From NCBI GenBank assembly GCA_965238005.1, contig OZ250165.1:3008001-3072000 (forward strand): a stretch of DNA of 64,000 nt, written 5' to 3'. Positions 20,707-31,007 of the stretch are shown one piece after another. The notes beneath the pieces are model-generated. The model saw only the letters and a list, made by a program, of their open reading frames with translations. It was not told the DNA's origin and did not search any database. Position 1 is the first letter of the stretch. Every line of letters begins with the position of its first letter. The position numbers and the translations under genes were made by a program. This stretch comes from Longimicrobiales bacterium (GTDB taxonomy: Bacteria; Gemmatimonadota; Gemmatimonadetes; Longimicrobiales; Gaopeijiaceae).

Positions 20707-22029
20707 CTAGGACCCGGCGAGCCGTCCCCGCACCCATTCGGGCACCGATTCGGCGGCCACCCGTACCTGCTCCAGCGTGTCCCGGTCACGGATCGTGACC
20801 GTTCCGTCCTCCAGCGTCTGCCCGTCCACCGTCACACACCACGGAGTCCCCGCTTCGTCCTGTCGCCTGTAGCGTCGTCCGATTGATCCGGCAGCGTCGT
20901 AGAACGACGGAATGGCCGCACGGCGAAGATCGGCGTGGATCTTCTCGGCGACCTCGGGTAGCCCGTCCTTCTTCACCAGCGGAAAAACGGCTGTCTTGAT
21001 GGGGGCCAGGCCGGGATCGAGGCTCAGCAGCACTCGCTCCTCACCTTCGACTTCTTCCTCTTTGTAAGCGTCCACCAGGGCGACGAGGACCGTTCGGTCC
21101 ACGCCCACGGCCGTCTCCACCACGTAGGGCACGAACCGCTTGTCGCCTGCCGGATCGATGTACTCCAGCCTCTTTCCGGAGTACTCCTGATGCCGCGAGA
21201 GATCGAAGTCGGTCCGGTTGTGGATGCCCTCGAACTCCTTCCATCCGAAGGGAAACTCGTACTCGATGTCGAAGGCCTTCTTGGCGTAGTGGGCCAGCTC
21301 GTCGGGCCCGTGCTCGGTGAAGCGGAGCTTCTCCTTGCGGATCCCTAGCGAAACGTGCCATTCCATGCGCGCGTTCATCCAGTAGTCGAACCACTCGTCG
21401 TCGGTACCGGGCTCTACGAAGAACTGAAGCTCCATCTGCTCAAACTCGCGGGTCCGGAAGATGAAGTTTCCGGGCGTGATCTCGTTTCGGAACGCCTTCC
21501 CGATCTGGGCGATCCCGAAGGGGATCTTCTGGCGGGCCGCAGTCTGGACGTTCAGGAAGTTGACGTACGACCCCTGAGCCGTCTCCGGGCGGAGATAGAC
21601 GACCGCGGCATCGTCCTCGACCGGCCCCATGAAGGTCTTGAACATGAGGTTGAAGAGTCGCGTCTCGCCGAACGCTTCCTTCGTACCGCACGTGGGGCAC
21701 TGTCCGTTCTCGATCTCGGGGAGATCCGCCCGGAAGCGCCGGTGGCAGTTGGAGCACTCCACGAGCGGGTCCGTGAACCCCTCCACATGGCCGGAAGCCT
21801 CCCAGACCTTGGGGTGCATGAGGATGGAGGCATCCAGCCCCTCGACGTCGTTCCGCTGGTGAACCATGGTGCTCCACCAGCGGTCCTGCACGTTGCGCTT
21901 GAGCTCGATCCCGAGGGGACCGTAGTCCCAAACGGAGCCGGTCCCTCCGTAGATCTCGGAGGACTGGAAGATGAATCCCCGGCGCTTCGTCAGGGATGTG
22001 AGCTTGTCCATCGATGGAGAGTCGGCCAT
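20707..22029 (-). CDS. glyQS: Glycine--tRNA ligase (homodimeric type)
   Basis: KRRGFIFQSSEIYGG..DYGPLG, YLRPETAQG, FRNEITPGNFIFRTREFEQME, SIGRRYRRQDEAG. Confidence 0.96.
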   Translation of the reverse strand: MADSPSMDKLTSLTKRRGFIFQSSEIYGGTGSVWDYGPLGIELKRNVQDRWWSTMVHQRNDVEGLDASILMHPKVWEASGHVEGFTDPLVECSNCHRRFRADLPEIENGQCPTCGTKEAFGETRLFNLMFKTFMGPVEDDAAVVYLRPETAQGSYVNFLNVQTAARQKIPFGIAQIGKAFRNEITPGNFIFRTREFEQMELQFFVEPGTDDEWFDYWMNARMEWHVSLGIRKEKLRFTEHGPDELAHYAKKAFDIEYEFPFGWKEFEGIHNRTDFDLSRHQEYSGKRLEYIDPAGDKRFVPYVVETAVGVDRTVLVALVDAYKEEEVEGEERVLLSLDPGLAPIKTAVFPLVKKDGLPEVAEKIHADLRRAAIPSFYDAAGSIGRRYRRQDEAGTPWCVTVDGQTLEDGTVTIRDRDTLEQVRVAAESVPEWVRGRLAGS

Positions 22030-22199
22030 CTAAGGTCGATCCGGTATGAACGGGTCCTTTTCGGGTCCTTCGAGAGGGTGGAAGCTAGACAGGCTCGCTC
22101 GCCTCATCAACCGATGCGAGAACCTCGGAAAGATTCGCGGGTATACGCCGCCGACCCATTCCGGAAAGCCCGGATCCGTACATGGCAGGAGTGTTTTCG

Positions 22200-22793
22200 A
22201 TGCTGACGCTGACGGACAGAGCCATCGAAGTGGTTCGCACCTATCTGGACCAGAGCGGTGGCGAGCTCACGGCGCTTCGAGTCGCCGTCTCCGGAGGAAG
22301 CCCGGTAGCACCGGACTTCGAGCTGACTCTGGTGGGCCCCGACGAGATTCGCAGCGGCGAGAAGGAGCTGGATGTGAGCGGCCTCACCATCGTGGTGAAC
22401 GAGGAGACCGCCCCCCGTCTCGAGGGTGCCACGGTGGACTTCGTCGAGCGGGTGAACGAAAGCGGATTCGAGGTGCGGATGGCCCCCGGCGCAGACACCC
22501 CCGTCGCCGCGCCCACCGGGCCTCTTGCCGAACGGATCCGCGAGGTGCTGGACAGCCAGATCAACCCGGCCATCGCCTCCCACGGTGGCGCCATCACCCT
22601 CGTGGACGTGCGGGACACCGAGATCTACCTGGAGATGAGCGGCGGATGCCAGGGATGCGCCATGTCCCGCATGACGCTGCGTCAGGGCGTGGAGCGGATG
22701 GTGCTTCAGGCGGTTCCGGAGATCACCATCATCCACGACGTCACGGACCACGCCTCCGGCGAGAACCCCTTCTTCGAGGGACCCGCGGTCTGA
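22200..22793 (+). CDS. nfuA: Fe-S cluster carrier NfuA (degenerate A-type domain + NifU-C domain)
   Basis: LTLTDRA..LEGATVDFV; INPAIASHGG..MSGGCQGCAMSRMTLRQGVE..DVTDHASGENPF. Confidence 0.88.
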   Translation: MLTLTDRAIEVVRTYLDQSGGELTALRVAVSGGSPVAPDFELTLVGPDEIRSGEKELDVSGLTIVVNEETAPRLEGATVDFVERVNESGFEVRMAPGADTPVAAPTGPLAERIREVLDSQINPAIASHGGAITLVDVRDTEIYLEMSGGCQGCAMSRMTLRQGVERMVLQAVPEITIIHDVTDHASGENPFFEGPAV

Positions 22794-22894
22794 CGTAGCG
22801 GGGAGTCGGGCGCCCCTTCACGTCCGTGCGGGTCGTCGCGAGGAGATGGGGCCTCACCCTCACCCAGCTTCGCCACTGCCGCTTCGCGGCAGAC

Positions 22895-22934
22895 GGGTTC
22901 GGGCTTCGTCTCCGGTGAGCCGAAGCCCGAACCC
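22895..22934. terminator. 14-bp-stem GC-rich hairpin between convergent genes (terminator or REP-like)
   Basis: GGGTTCGGGCTTCG-N12-CGAAGCCCGAACCC; no clear U-tract. Confidence 0.45.
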
Positions 22935-23018
22935 ACTCCCGGAGGCCGTCTGGATCAATCCTCCCAGCCTCCCCCTCACTACACAGGAGATTGCTCTCTA
23001 ATTGATTCCCCCGAGTGT

Positions 23019-23552
23019 CTAACAACTGCCCCCGCCGCCACCGGTAAAGAACCCCCCCCCCTCGCAGAAGCCGGCGCAGGCATCGTCTTGTAGCTCCAAG
23101 GTGACGCTCTGGTTGTCGAACCCACGTCCGTTCAATGTGGCCGACATCTCGTTTGCGCTGTTGACGGTTCCGGTGAGATTCAGGTCCCCATCCTCTGTTG
23201 TACCATCCGGAAAAATTCCTGTTGCAGCCAAGGTGATGTTTACGTTCGGGAAGACGTGAGTTCCACTCGAGACTGTGAGGGCGAGACAGGTGGTGATGTC
23301 CCCAATGACGCTCCCGGTCCCTGTAACGGACCCACTCGGCTCCTGGGAAAGGAGGAGGTCGATGTCTCCATCGCCCGCGTCGCCATTCCAGCGCCCCGTC
23401 ACAGCCGGGTCGGCCTCCGGTGCGGTTACGCCACCGCCACCGCCACCGCCACCGCCACCGTCACCGCCATCGCCACCGCCGCAAGCGTCCATCATCGCGA
23501 ATAGAGGAACGAGTATGAGAAGCTTGAGGAGAGCGGATGTCTTCTGTTTCAT
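23019..23552 (-). CDS. Hypothetical lipoprotein with poly-Gly linker
   Basis: GGAG RBS, signal peptide ending MMDAC, GGTGGC repeats encoding a Gly run. Confidence 0.65.
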   Translation of the reverse strand: MKQKTSALLKLLILVPLFAMMDACGGGDGGDGGGGGGGGGGVTAPEADPAVTGRWNGDAGDGDIDLLLSQEPSGSVTGTGSVIGDITTCLALTVSSGTHVFPNVNITLAATGIFPDGTTEDGDLNLTGTVNSANEMSATLNGRGFDNQSVTLELQDDACAGFCEGGGFFTGGGGGSC

Positions 23553-23824
23553 AGAGGTGTCTCCTTTCGTTCCGCCGCCGCGGGGGGCGGCCTAGTGAGT
23601 CATATGAAACTCACTATGCACCCGAGCATGGTTCTGCGCCAGTGGGGAATCCCTGATAAGTGCGAGGCTCGCTTAGAGCACCAGCACTTCTCTGACCGTC
23701 TCACTGCAAAACGGCATCGGCAACTGCCCAGGCTCATCCGTCTCCACCTCGAACTCGTCATGCTCCTGCATCATCGCGAGAAACCAATCAGAAACCAATC
23801 ATGGGCTTCGCGAGCAGTGCGGAG

Positions 23825-23865
23825 GGATAGGCCATTCAAAGGCCCTTGGCCGAGTTCAGCATCCT
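23825..23865 (-). mobile_element. Degenerate IS91/ISCR-like ori-end remnant
   Basis: GGATAGGCCATTCAAAGGCCCTTGGCCGAGTTCAGCATCC resembles the 42130 segment GGATAGGCATTTTAAAGACCCTGTCCGAGTCCGGCACCC. Confidence 0.4.
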
Positions 23866-24106
23866 CCTCGGGCCATGGCCGCGTCACGTGACGAGGCCAT
23901 CCAGGGTTAGACGACGGACACTCCCCGTTTCTTCCATCGAAGAATGGTTCACATCCGCACAGGGTTGCTAGCCCGCGATGGTGCCATCACGCGATGGTAC
24001 CATCACCGATGCTGCCATCCCTCCTCGAGGGAACTCGATGCGTTCGTGCAGATATCTTCAATATCGAACATACTTCGGAAGTGAAGATTTCTACGGCGAG
24101 AATGTC

Positions 24107-24439
24107 ATGGTAAAGCCCGTACACTTGGCGGTGCTCCTGAGTCTTCGTGGTGAGGCTCGGCACGGCTTCGGCATCATGGAGCACGTGAACCAGCAGTTGG
24201 CAGGCAGTGCCATCGTGGGGCCGGGGACTCTCTACCGCCTCCTCAAGGAGATGCGGGAGCAGGACCTTATCGAGCGAGCGGATCCTCCTGCCTGTGAGGA
24301 CGAGCAGGACGAACGGCGTCACTATCACCGCCTGACCCTCCTCGGCCTCCAGGTCGTCACGGCCGAATCCGCCCGGCTCAAGAAGGCCCTCTCCGCGGCG
24401 GACGCCTCGGATCTGGCCACGGAGGGGGGCGTTCGGTGA
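24107..24439 (+). CDS. PadR family transcriptional regulator
   Basis: LAVLLSL..RHGFGIM..GPGTLYRLLKEM..ERRHYHRLT..G. Confidence 0.88.
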   Translation: MVKPVHLAVLLSLRGEARHGFGIMEHVNQQLAGSAIVGPGTLYRLLKEMREQDLIERADPPACEDEQDERRHYHRLTLLGLQVVTAESARLKKALSAADASDLATEGGVR

Positions 24440-27156
24440 CGTCCCGCGGACCAGCCCCATCTGAGAGGGCCTATCGCCTCTTCTTACGCCTTTTCCCACG
24501 GCGGTTCAGGAAGGAGGCGGAAGCGGAGATGGTGGAGGTCTTTCGGGACGGTCTGCGGCAGGCCCACAGTCGCGGCACGGTGGGAACCGTCGTGGTCTTC
24601 TGGGTGCGCACGATTGCGGACCTCGCAGTCACTGCGGTTTCAACCCGAGCAACGCGGCCCACGCGGGTCCGTGGGGAATCAATCGGCCACCGACCCGGTG
24701 GCGTGGCGGTGGAACGGCGAGGAGGGATTATGGCGGCGTTGATCAGTGACATGAGGTACGCGATTCGGACCCTGAGACGGAGGTCGGGCTTCACAACGAT
24801 CCTGGTGCTCACCTTCGCGTTGGGGGTCGGCGCCACAACCGCCGTCTTCAGTGCGTTCCGGCATGTACTCCTCCGGCCGCTACCGTTCCATGCCCCGGAC
24901 GAGTTGGTGCAGGTCTGGGAGACCCGCGATGCGCGACCCGACCTGCCCTTCTCCATTCCCAACATGGAGTCGGTTCGCCAGCGAACCGGATCCTTGACCG
25001 ATCTCGGGGCTTGGATGTTCGGTGACTTTCCCAGCGTCACGCTGACAGGGGGAGACCGACCGGAGCGGATTCCCGGCGCCATGATTACAGCGAACCTCCT
25101 CTCATTGCTCGGCGTTGAGCCTGCCATGGGACGCTCATTCACGCCCGAAGAGAATGAGCCGGGTAATGAGCAGAGGGTGATCCTGAGCCATGAGGAGTGG
25201 TCGACCCGTTTTGGCGCCGATCCGGACATCCTCGGCCGTGTCCTCCCGCTGAATGGGGCACCGCACACGGTCGTGGGGGTCATGCCGCCAGGGTTTGAGT
25301 TCCCGGTCGGAAGCGGGGCTCGTGTGTGGCGTCCACTGCCGCTATTCCAGAGGTGGCGCGATAGCCGGAGAAATCATCTCCTGCGGGTCCTGGGACGCAT
25401 TCAGCCAGGCGTGACCGTGCAAGACGCCCAGCTGGAGGTGGCCGCTCTCGGCCGGACCCTGGCCGAGGAGTACCCGGAGAGCAACGGCGGTGAGGGAATG
25501 CGCGTGGTGGGACTTCTCGAGCAGACCGTGGGTGACGTGCGCCCGGCGCTCTCTGCCCTGATGGTGTCGGTCCTGCTGCTCTGGCTCGTGGCGGTCGCCA
25601 ATCTCGCAAACCTGGGGATGGCTCGTGTATTGGATCGCGGTCGGGAGGTCGCTGTACGTGCAGCTCACGGGGCGAGCCGCCTCCAGATAGCGAGATTGGT
25701 GGCTACTGAGAGTATGGTTGCGGGCCTCCTCGGCGCGGGGCTAGGGCTCGTGCTGGCCTATTTGGGAGTGGGCGCCCTTTCGGCCCTGGGGCCTATCAAC
25801 ATTCCGAGAATGGACACGATCCACATGGACGCCGAGGTGGTCGGATTTGCCCTCGGGTTGACAGCCATCACCGGCCTCGTGGCCGGACTGATCCCTACAC
25901 TCGTTGTGGCCGACTCGGAGCTCATGGGCACGCTGGCTCTGGTCTCGCCGCGTATGAGTCTGGGGAAGGGTGGTAAGCATCTGAGGGGTGGCCTGGTGGC
26001 CACGGAGTTCGCCCTTGCTCTGGTCTTGCTCATCGGCGCTGGACTGCTGCTTCAGAGCTTCATGCACCTGTCTCGGGTCGACCCCGGGTTCCGGACGGAC
26101 CACCTGCTCACTGCCGAGATCAATCTCGCTTTCGAGAGCTTCCCTGACTCCGAGAGTCACTCCCAATTCTACGACGAGTTGTTGCCGGTGCTGGACGCAC
26201 TCCCGGGTGTGACGGCCATAGGGGCAGTCTCGGTGTTCCCCTTGAGTGGTAATCGGGGTGGGGGCACGCTACTCCATCGCGAGGGCGCGACGGTGCAAGA
26301 CGGCTTCGTTGAAGACGTTCGGTTTCGCGTGGCCACCCCGACCTATTTCCAAATGATGGGAATGACGCTGCTCTCGGGTCGTGGTGTGTCACGGGACGAT
26401 AACGCCGAGACTCCAGCGGTCGCGGTGATCAACGAGGCGTTGGCGAGCCGGTTGTGGCCGGGGCAGGACCCTGTGGGCAGAACCATGTTCTCCGGCAGGC
26501 CCGACGATCCGCAGACGCCGTACCGGGTCGTAGGGCTCGTCGCGGACATTCGAGGAGCCAACCTCGCCAGCACCCCTCAGCCTCGCATGTATCGTCCCTA
26601 CAGCCAATCCGCGATGCAAGAGATGGTTGTGGTCGCACGGACATCGGGGCCACCGCAAGATCTGGCGGCTGCCTTGCAGAGGGCGGTTCTGTCCGTAAAC
26701 TCGGACCAACCGCTGGAGGCGATTCGCACGGGCGAGAGCATTCTCTCGGATTCAGTGGCCTCACCCAGATTCAACCTCTTCCTTCTGGCCCTGTTTACCG
26801 TGACCGCGGTGGCGTTGAGCGCCATCGGCATGTACGGAGTGAGCGTGCAGGCCGTTGCGGCTCGTACCCGCGAGATTGGCGTTCGCATGGCTTTGGGGGC
26901 TAGTCGCAGGAGTGTCATCGCCATGACTCTGGGGCAGGGGCTGCGTCAGACCTCGATCGGTCTCGCGCTCGGATTGCTCCTCGCCCTCTTCGGGACACGG
27001 CTTCTGGCCAGTATGGTGTTCGGGGTGTCAACGAATGATGCCCCGACGTTCGTGGCAGCTACGCTGATCCTCTTGGGAGTGGCGCTTCTCGGATCCTTGA
27101 TGCCCTCCCTACGGGCCAGCCGAGTCGATCCGGTGCGAGCTCTCTCGGTGGACTAG
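24436..27156 (+). CDS. ADOP-type duplicated MacB/FtsX ABC permease
   Basis: DMRYAIRTLRRRSGFT, ANLANL..REVAVRAAHGA, REIGVRMALGA, RASRVDPVRAL; coupled to padR. Confidence 0.92.
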   Translation: MTSRGPAPSERAYRLFLRLFPRRFRKEAEAEMVEVFRDGLRQAHSRGTVGTVVVFWVRTIADLAVTAVSTRATRPTRVRGESIGHRPGGVAVERRGGIMAALISDMRYAIRTLRRRSGFTTILVLTFALGVGATTAVFSAFRHVLLRPLPFHAPDELVQVWETRDARPDLPFSIPNMESVRQRTGSLTDLGAWMFGDFPSVTLTGGDRPERIPGAMITANLLSLLGVEPAMGRSFTPEENEPGNEQRVILSHEEWSTRFGADPDILGRVLPLNGAPHTVVGVMPPGFEFPVGSGARVWRPLPLFQRWRDSRRNHLLRVLGRIQPGVTVQDAQLEVAALGRTLAEEYPESNGGEGMRVVGLLEQTVGDVRPALSALMVSVLLLWLVAVANLANLGMARVLDRGREVAVRAAHGASRLQIARLVATESMVAGLLGAGLGLVLAYLGVGALSALGPINIPRMDTIHMDAEVVGFALGLTAITGLVAGLIPTLVVADSELMGTLALVSPRMSLGKGGKHLRGGLVATEFALALVLLIGAGLLLQSFMHLSRVDPGFRTDHLLTAEINLAFESFPDSESHSQFYDELLPVLDALPGVTAIGAVSVFPLSGNRGGGTLLHREGATVQDGFVEDVRFRVATPTYFQMMGMTLLSGRGVSRDDNAETPAVAVINEALASRLWPGQDPVGRTMFSGRPDDPQTPYRVVGLVADIRGANLASTPQPRMYRPYSQSAMQEMVVVARTSGPPQDLAAALQRAVLSVNSDQPLEAIRTGESILSDSVASPRFNLFLLALFTVTAVALSAIGMYGVSVQAVAARTREIGVRMALGASRRSVIAMTLGQGLRQTSIGLALGLLLALFGTRLLASMVFGVSTNDAPTFVAATLILLGVALLGSLMPSLRASRVDPVRALSVD

Positions 27157-27333
27157 AGGCCCAACTCCCCCCGGCCACCATCGAATCCAGTCGGCCCGCA
27201 AGGGGGCCTGACACCTCGACATGGATCTCCCGTAACAGGACGTCTACGTTGAGCGGGTGGCCGGCTCGGGTGAGGTCTTGCGTGTGACAGAGGGTGCCGC
27301 GAAGCACGCCGGCCCGATCGGGCTTGGAGATGG

Positions 27334-27667
27334 ATGAAATGAGTCCTTTGCCGGATTATTGTTGGTGGCGCCCGCCGTCATCGTTGTGCACCACGGAACA
27401 GCGGACAGCGCTGCCCGGCCGCCCCAGCTGCCCGACATCGTGGTCGACAGCGACTACTATCACGGAGGATGGCCGTCCCCGGCGAAGGTCGCGCTGGGAC
27501 GCGCGCTCTTCTTCGATAAGATCCTCAGCGGCAATCGCAACATCGCCTGCGCCACGTGCCATCACCCCGACCTGGGAACCACGGACGTGCTGGCGGCCAT
27601 CGCCGCGAACGGCGGAGCCGATGCATGGGACCCGCGGGTCTGGTGGGACGTGAGCCCACAGAGGTAG
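27334..27667 (+). pseudogene. N-terminal remnant of a di-heme cytochrome c peroxidase/MauG family protein
   Basis: [29 protein letters not shown] (CxxCH), then similarity ends; signal peptide disrupted (ATG AAA TGA). Confidence 0.75.
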
Positions 27668-27719
27668 ACGCGCGGAAGTCGTGACTTCTGTCAGCCAATG
27701 AATGAAGGGATAAAAGTCC

Positions 27720-28248
27720 ATGAGGAATCTCTCACGCTGGCCCTCACCGTTGTGCTCGCCTTCGCACTGGCCGCTCCTGTCGTTTCCCAGTCCACAGAGG
27801 TCGTGGGCCGGTTGTCGGTTCACGCCCAGGCTGGGGTGACCTCGGATCCCGGAGGGTTCGCTTTGACTTCACCTTCGCGCCCAACACGGGCCGCGAGGAT
27901 TGCTGCGCCGATACGGGGAATCCCGGTGCCGTGGTGGAGGACGTGAGCCTCGACCGCACGTATGCCAGTACGAGCCTCCAGATCCGGTTCCCGATGGGAG
28001 CCGCGGTGCCCTATGTGCGCACCGGTGTCAGCTTCATCAACCTGTCGCGGTTCGGCGAGGACTACGAGTACGAATTCATGGAGTTCGGGACTCAGCTCGC
28101 GGGTGGGCTCGAGTATCGGTTCGGCGATTCGCCGGTGGCGCTCTTCGTAGACGCTGCCGAGTGGATCTATCCCCGCGTCTCGACCGGTGATGGCACTCAG
28201 TTCGATACGCAGATCAACGTCGGTCTTTCTTACGACTTGATCAGGTAG
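27720..28248 (+). pseudogene. Frameshifted outer-membrane beta-barrel protein
   Basis: Signal-like LTLALTVVLAFALAAP in one frame; beta-strand-like VPYVRTGVSF..QLAGGLEYRF..INVGLSY in another. Confidence 0.5.
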
Positions 28249-28467
28249 CAGCGCCTCGGTGGCTCCACACGGGGGGCCGCGGGTCCTCTTTCATTCATGT
28301 CGCATGTCGCAGCTACGCTAGCCCCGTAGAGGAGGAGCTCTCCCTGCCCGATCGTGCGTTGCTCTTTCTCGAGGGCACGTGTTACCATGCCGTTGAGGCG
28401 CCCTCCCCCCTCCATGCATGGGGACCGGAGACGTTCCGAGACGGCCAGAATCGAAACGAGGTAAACG

Positions 28468-29772
28468 ATGAAAATGCAAAGTGGTGTAATGCTGACCGCG
28501 GCCATGGCGGGCCTGGTGCTCCTCCCGGGGAGCTCCGCCCTGGCGGCCCAGGAGAACGCCGAGAAGCGCGGAAGCGACAACATCGAGGTGGTGGCCCACC
28601 TCCCGCTGGGCGGGAGTGGGTGCGACATCGAGATCGAGCAGGAGATGTCCCGTCCCTATGCATATTTGTGCCGCTCCGGGGACAACGCAGGCATGGACAT
28701 CATCGACCTCACCGATCCCCATAACGCCAGGGTGCTCCACCGATGGCGCGTCGAGGATCTGGACCTGCACATCGGGTCCGGCGGCAAGGACCTCAAGATC
28801 TTCAAGTGGGACGGCCGCGACTACGTGGTCCTGGCCATCCAGTTCCGACAGGGCGGACCGGACAACGATCTCGGTGCCATCATCTTCGACGTCTCGGATC
28901 TCCCCGGTGAGATCCGGGAAGTGGCTCGGATCCAGGGGCTCCAGGAGGTCGGCGGCTTCCACAACATCTTCACCTACAAGCACAGCAACGGCCGTGCTCT
29001 TCTCTTCGCCACGACGAGCACTCCGTTCGCACACGTGTACGATCTGGGTTACGTGGTGGAAGGACGACTGGATGAGGCTCTCGTCGCGCGGGTCCCGAAC
29101 CCCTTTCCCGAGGGCCGTAGCTATCACGACTTCTACACGGGCTACCACGCCGACAGCGAGCAGGACCGCTTCTACGGCGGCGGTACGGGCGGCTACTTCG
29201 TCTACAACGTGACGGACCTGGAGAACCCCGAGCTCCTGGTGAGCCTCACGGGCATCCAGGGTGTGGAGTGGGGACATACCTTCACGCCCTCGCCCGACGG
29301 CCGCTACGTCGTGGCCGAGGCCGAGTACCAGTACGCGCCGCTCCGGATCTTCGACCTGCAGCCGGGCCTCGACGGTGAGGTCGCGAACGTCAACCGGCCC
29401 ATCTCCGCGTGGACGGCCAACTGGGAGAACCTGGTCCACAACCATGAGGTCCGCTGGCCCTACGTGTTCGTGTCGGGCTATGTGGACGGCCTACAGATCT
29501 TCACGCTCTCGGATCCCGAGCACCCGAAGACGGTGGGCCACTACGACACCTATCTGGAGCCCGACGACGGCCGTGTGATGGCGGGCGCCTGGGGTGTGGA
29601 CGTGCGCAACGCCGACGGCCTGATCGTGCTGTCCGACATGCAGACCGGATTCTGGGCCTTCCGCATGGAGGGATTCAGCGGCTGGAACGGACTGGACTGG
29701 GGTGTTCCGAACATCTCGAGCGCCCAGGATTGGGAGAATGGGCCGGCGTATCAGGCTCAGAGTCGGAACTAG
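28468..29772 (+). CDS. LVIVD-repeat / choice-of-anchor B-like secreted beta-propeller protein
   Basis: Signal peptide; RGSDNIEVVAHLPLG, GMDIIDLTDP, GFHNIF, VHNHEVRWPYVFVSGYVDGLQIF, GAWGVDV. Confidence 0.78.
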   Translation: MKMQSGVMLTAAMAGLVLLPGSSALAAQENAEKRGSDNIEVVAHLPLGGSGCDIEIEQEMSRPYAYLCRSGDNAGMDIIDLTDPHNARVLHRWRVEDLDLHIGSGGKDLKIFKWDGRDYVVLAIQFRQGGPDNDLGAIIFDVSDLPGEIREVARIQGLQEVGGFHNIFTYKHSNGRALLFATTSTPFAHVYDLGYVVEGRLDEALVARVPNPFPEGRSYHDFYTGYHADSEQDRFYGGGTGGYFVYNVTDLENPELLVSLTGIQGVEWGHTFTPSPDGRYVVAEAEYQYAPLRIFDLQPGLDGEVANVNRPISAWTANWENLVHNHEVRWPYVFVSGYVDGLQIFTLSDPEHPKTVGHYDTYLEPDDGRVMAGAWGVDVRNADGLIVLSDMQTGFWAFRMEGFSGWNGLDWGVPNISSAQDWENGPAYQAQSRN

Positions 29773-29876
29773 GAGGATCGCGCGACGCGCCGCGGCAGAG
29801 ACCGGAGGGAAAAGCCGCCGGACGACCGGGAGTTCGCTTGCAGACTGGTCGCTTGCAGGGTGATGAAGAAGGGAAG

Positions 29877-30102
29877 TGAGCATGTCATCGGTGACGTGGC
29901 GTTCGAGCAGACCGTGGCGGTGAAAGTAACGGAGCACTCGGTGTCGAACGGTCTGCTGTAGCTGGTCCCAGTCGGAGGCCGTGAGATGGGTGGCCTCGTA
30001 GAACTCGACCGAGCCCTCGGGATCCCCGCTGAACACACCGTCGATGACGCAGACGTGGAAGTGGAAGTGGAAGTGGGCGTTCAGGGCCGAGCCAAAGCGA
30101 TG
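29877..30102 (-). mobile_element. Internal fragment of an IS91-family (Y2/HUH) transposase
   Basis: HRFGSALNAHFHFHFHVCVIDGVF..HRVLRYFHRHGLL; HUH region carries a 6-bp slippage duplication. Confidence 0.75.
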
Positions 30103-30430
30103 GGGGTTAGAATGTCGAAGTACCGAATCCGGTTGGTGCTGAGGACCGATCGCTACACGACGTGGTGGATCCAGCACCGCTTTCGCCGGACGCGCAAGGA
30201 GATCGCGGCCGCCCGCCGAGAGAAAGCGGATGCCTGAGACTGTCAGATTATAAACGTCGTAGTCTGTGTCTGAGTTGACACTATCTTGGCAAGGTATCGA
30301 AGACGTTGAACTGAAGTTCAGCATCAATACGGAACCACAAGGCGAAGAGATGCGTTCGGCATGTGCGACGTTCATTCCTTGACGGTCGGGGTCCGTGCAC
30401 GTATCCTGCCTTCGAAAGGAGGTGGAGACG

Positions 30431-30889
30431 ATGAGGGAGCCCCATCGGAAGCGTGAATTCGTGGAGGCCGCCGGAGCGCTGCACCCGCATCCCGAGCGCG
30501 TGCGGGCTCAGCTCTTCGAGCGCCACCGCTTCTTCGATCCCCTGGACAAGGTGCAGGTGAAGTACGAGATGCTGCGGGCCCATGCGGTGGAGGGAGAGAC
30601 GGTCGTGGCGGTCTCGGAGGCGTTCGGCTTCTCGAGACAGACGTTCTACAGCACACTCCGGGCCTTCGAGGAGCTGGGTATCGTGGGCCTCACGGACGAG
30701 AAGCGTGGTCGCCGGGGCCGGGTGAAGCTGACGGAGGAGGACGTGACGTGGGTCGAGGCCCTGGCCGCGGAGGCCCCCGATCTCAGTGGGCGCCAGATCG
30801 CCGTAGAGCTGTTCGAGGAGCGCGGGGTCGCGGTGCATCGCAGAACCATCGAACGCCTTGTGGCGGGGGCCGGGAAAAAAAACCGCTGA
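30431..30889 (+). CDS. HTH-domain protein of mobile-element type; partner ORF absent
   Basis: GGAGG RBS; FFDPLDKVQVKYEMLR, FGFSRQTFY, GLTDEKRGRRGRVKLT; ends in an A8 run (GKKNR). Confidence 0.7.
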   Translation: MREPHRKREFVEAAGALHPHPERVRAQLFERHRFFDPLDKVQVKYEMLRAHAVEGETVVAVSEAFGFSRQTFYSTLRAFEELGIVGLTDEKRGRRGRVKLTEEDVTWVEALAAEAPDLSGRQIAVELFEERGVAVHRRTIERLVAGAGKKNR

Positions 30890-31007
30890 GGCCGAGCAAT
30901 ACGCAGAACCGGAGTGCTGGCCGACGGTAGCGGTGAGAGCTTAGCCTCACCTGATTTCCCGCCGCTCCGCACATCGCATGGTTAACAAGTCCATTCCAGG
31001 AGGCAAT

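Noticed and set aside
23017..23912. Integron attC sites (GTCTAAC at 23017, GTTAGAC at 23906)
   Set aside because: No paired R''/R' boxes at 55-140 bp spacing and no integrase in the window
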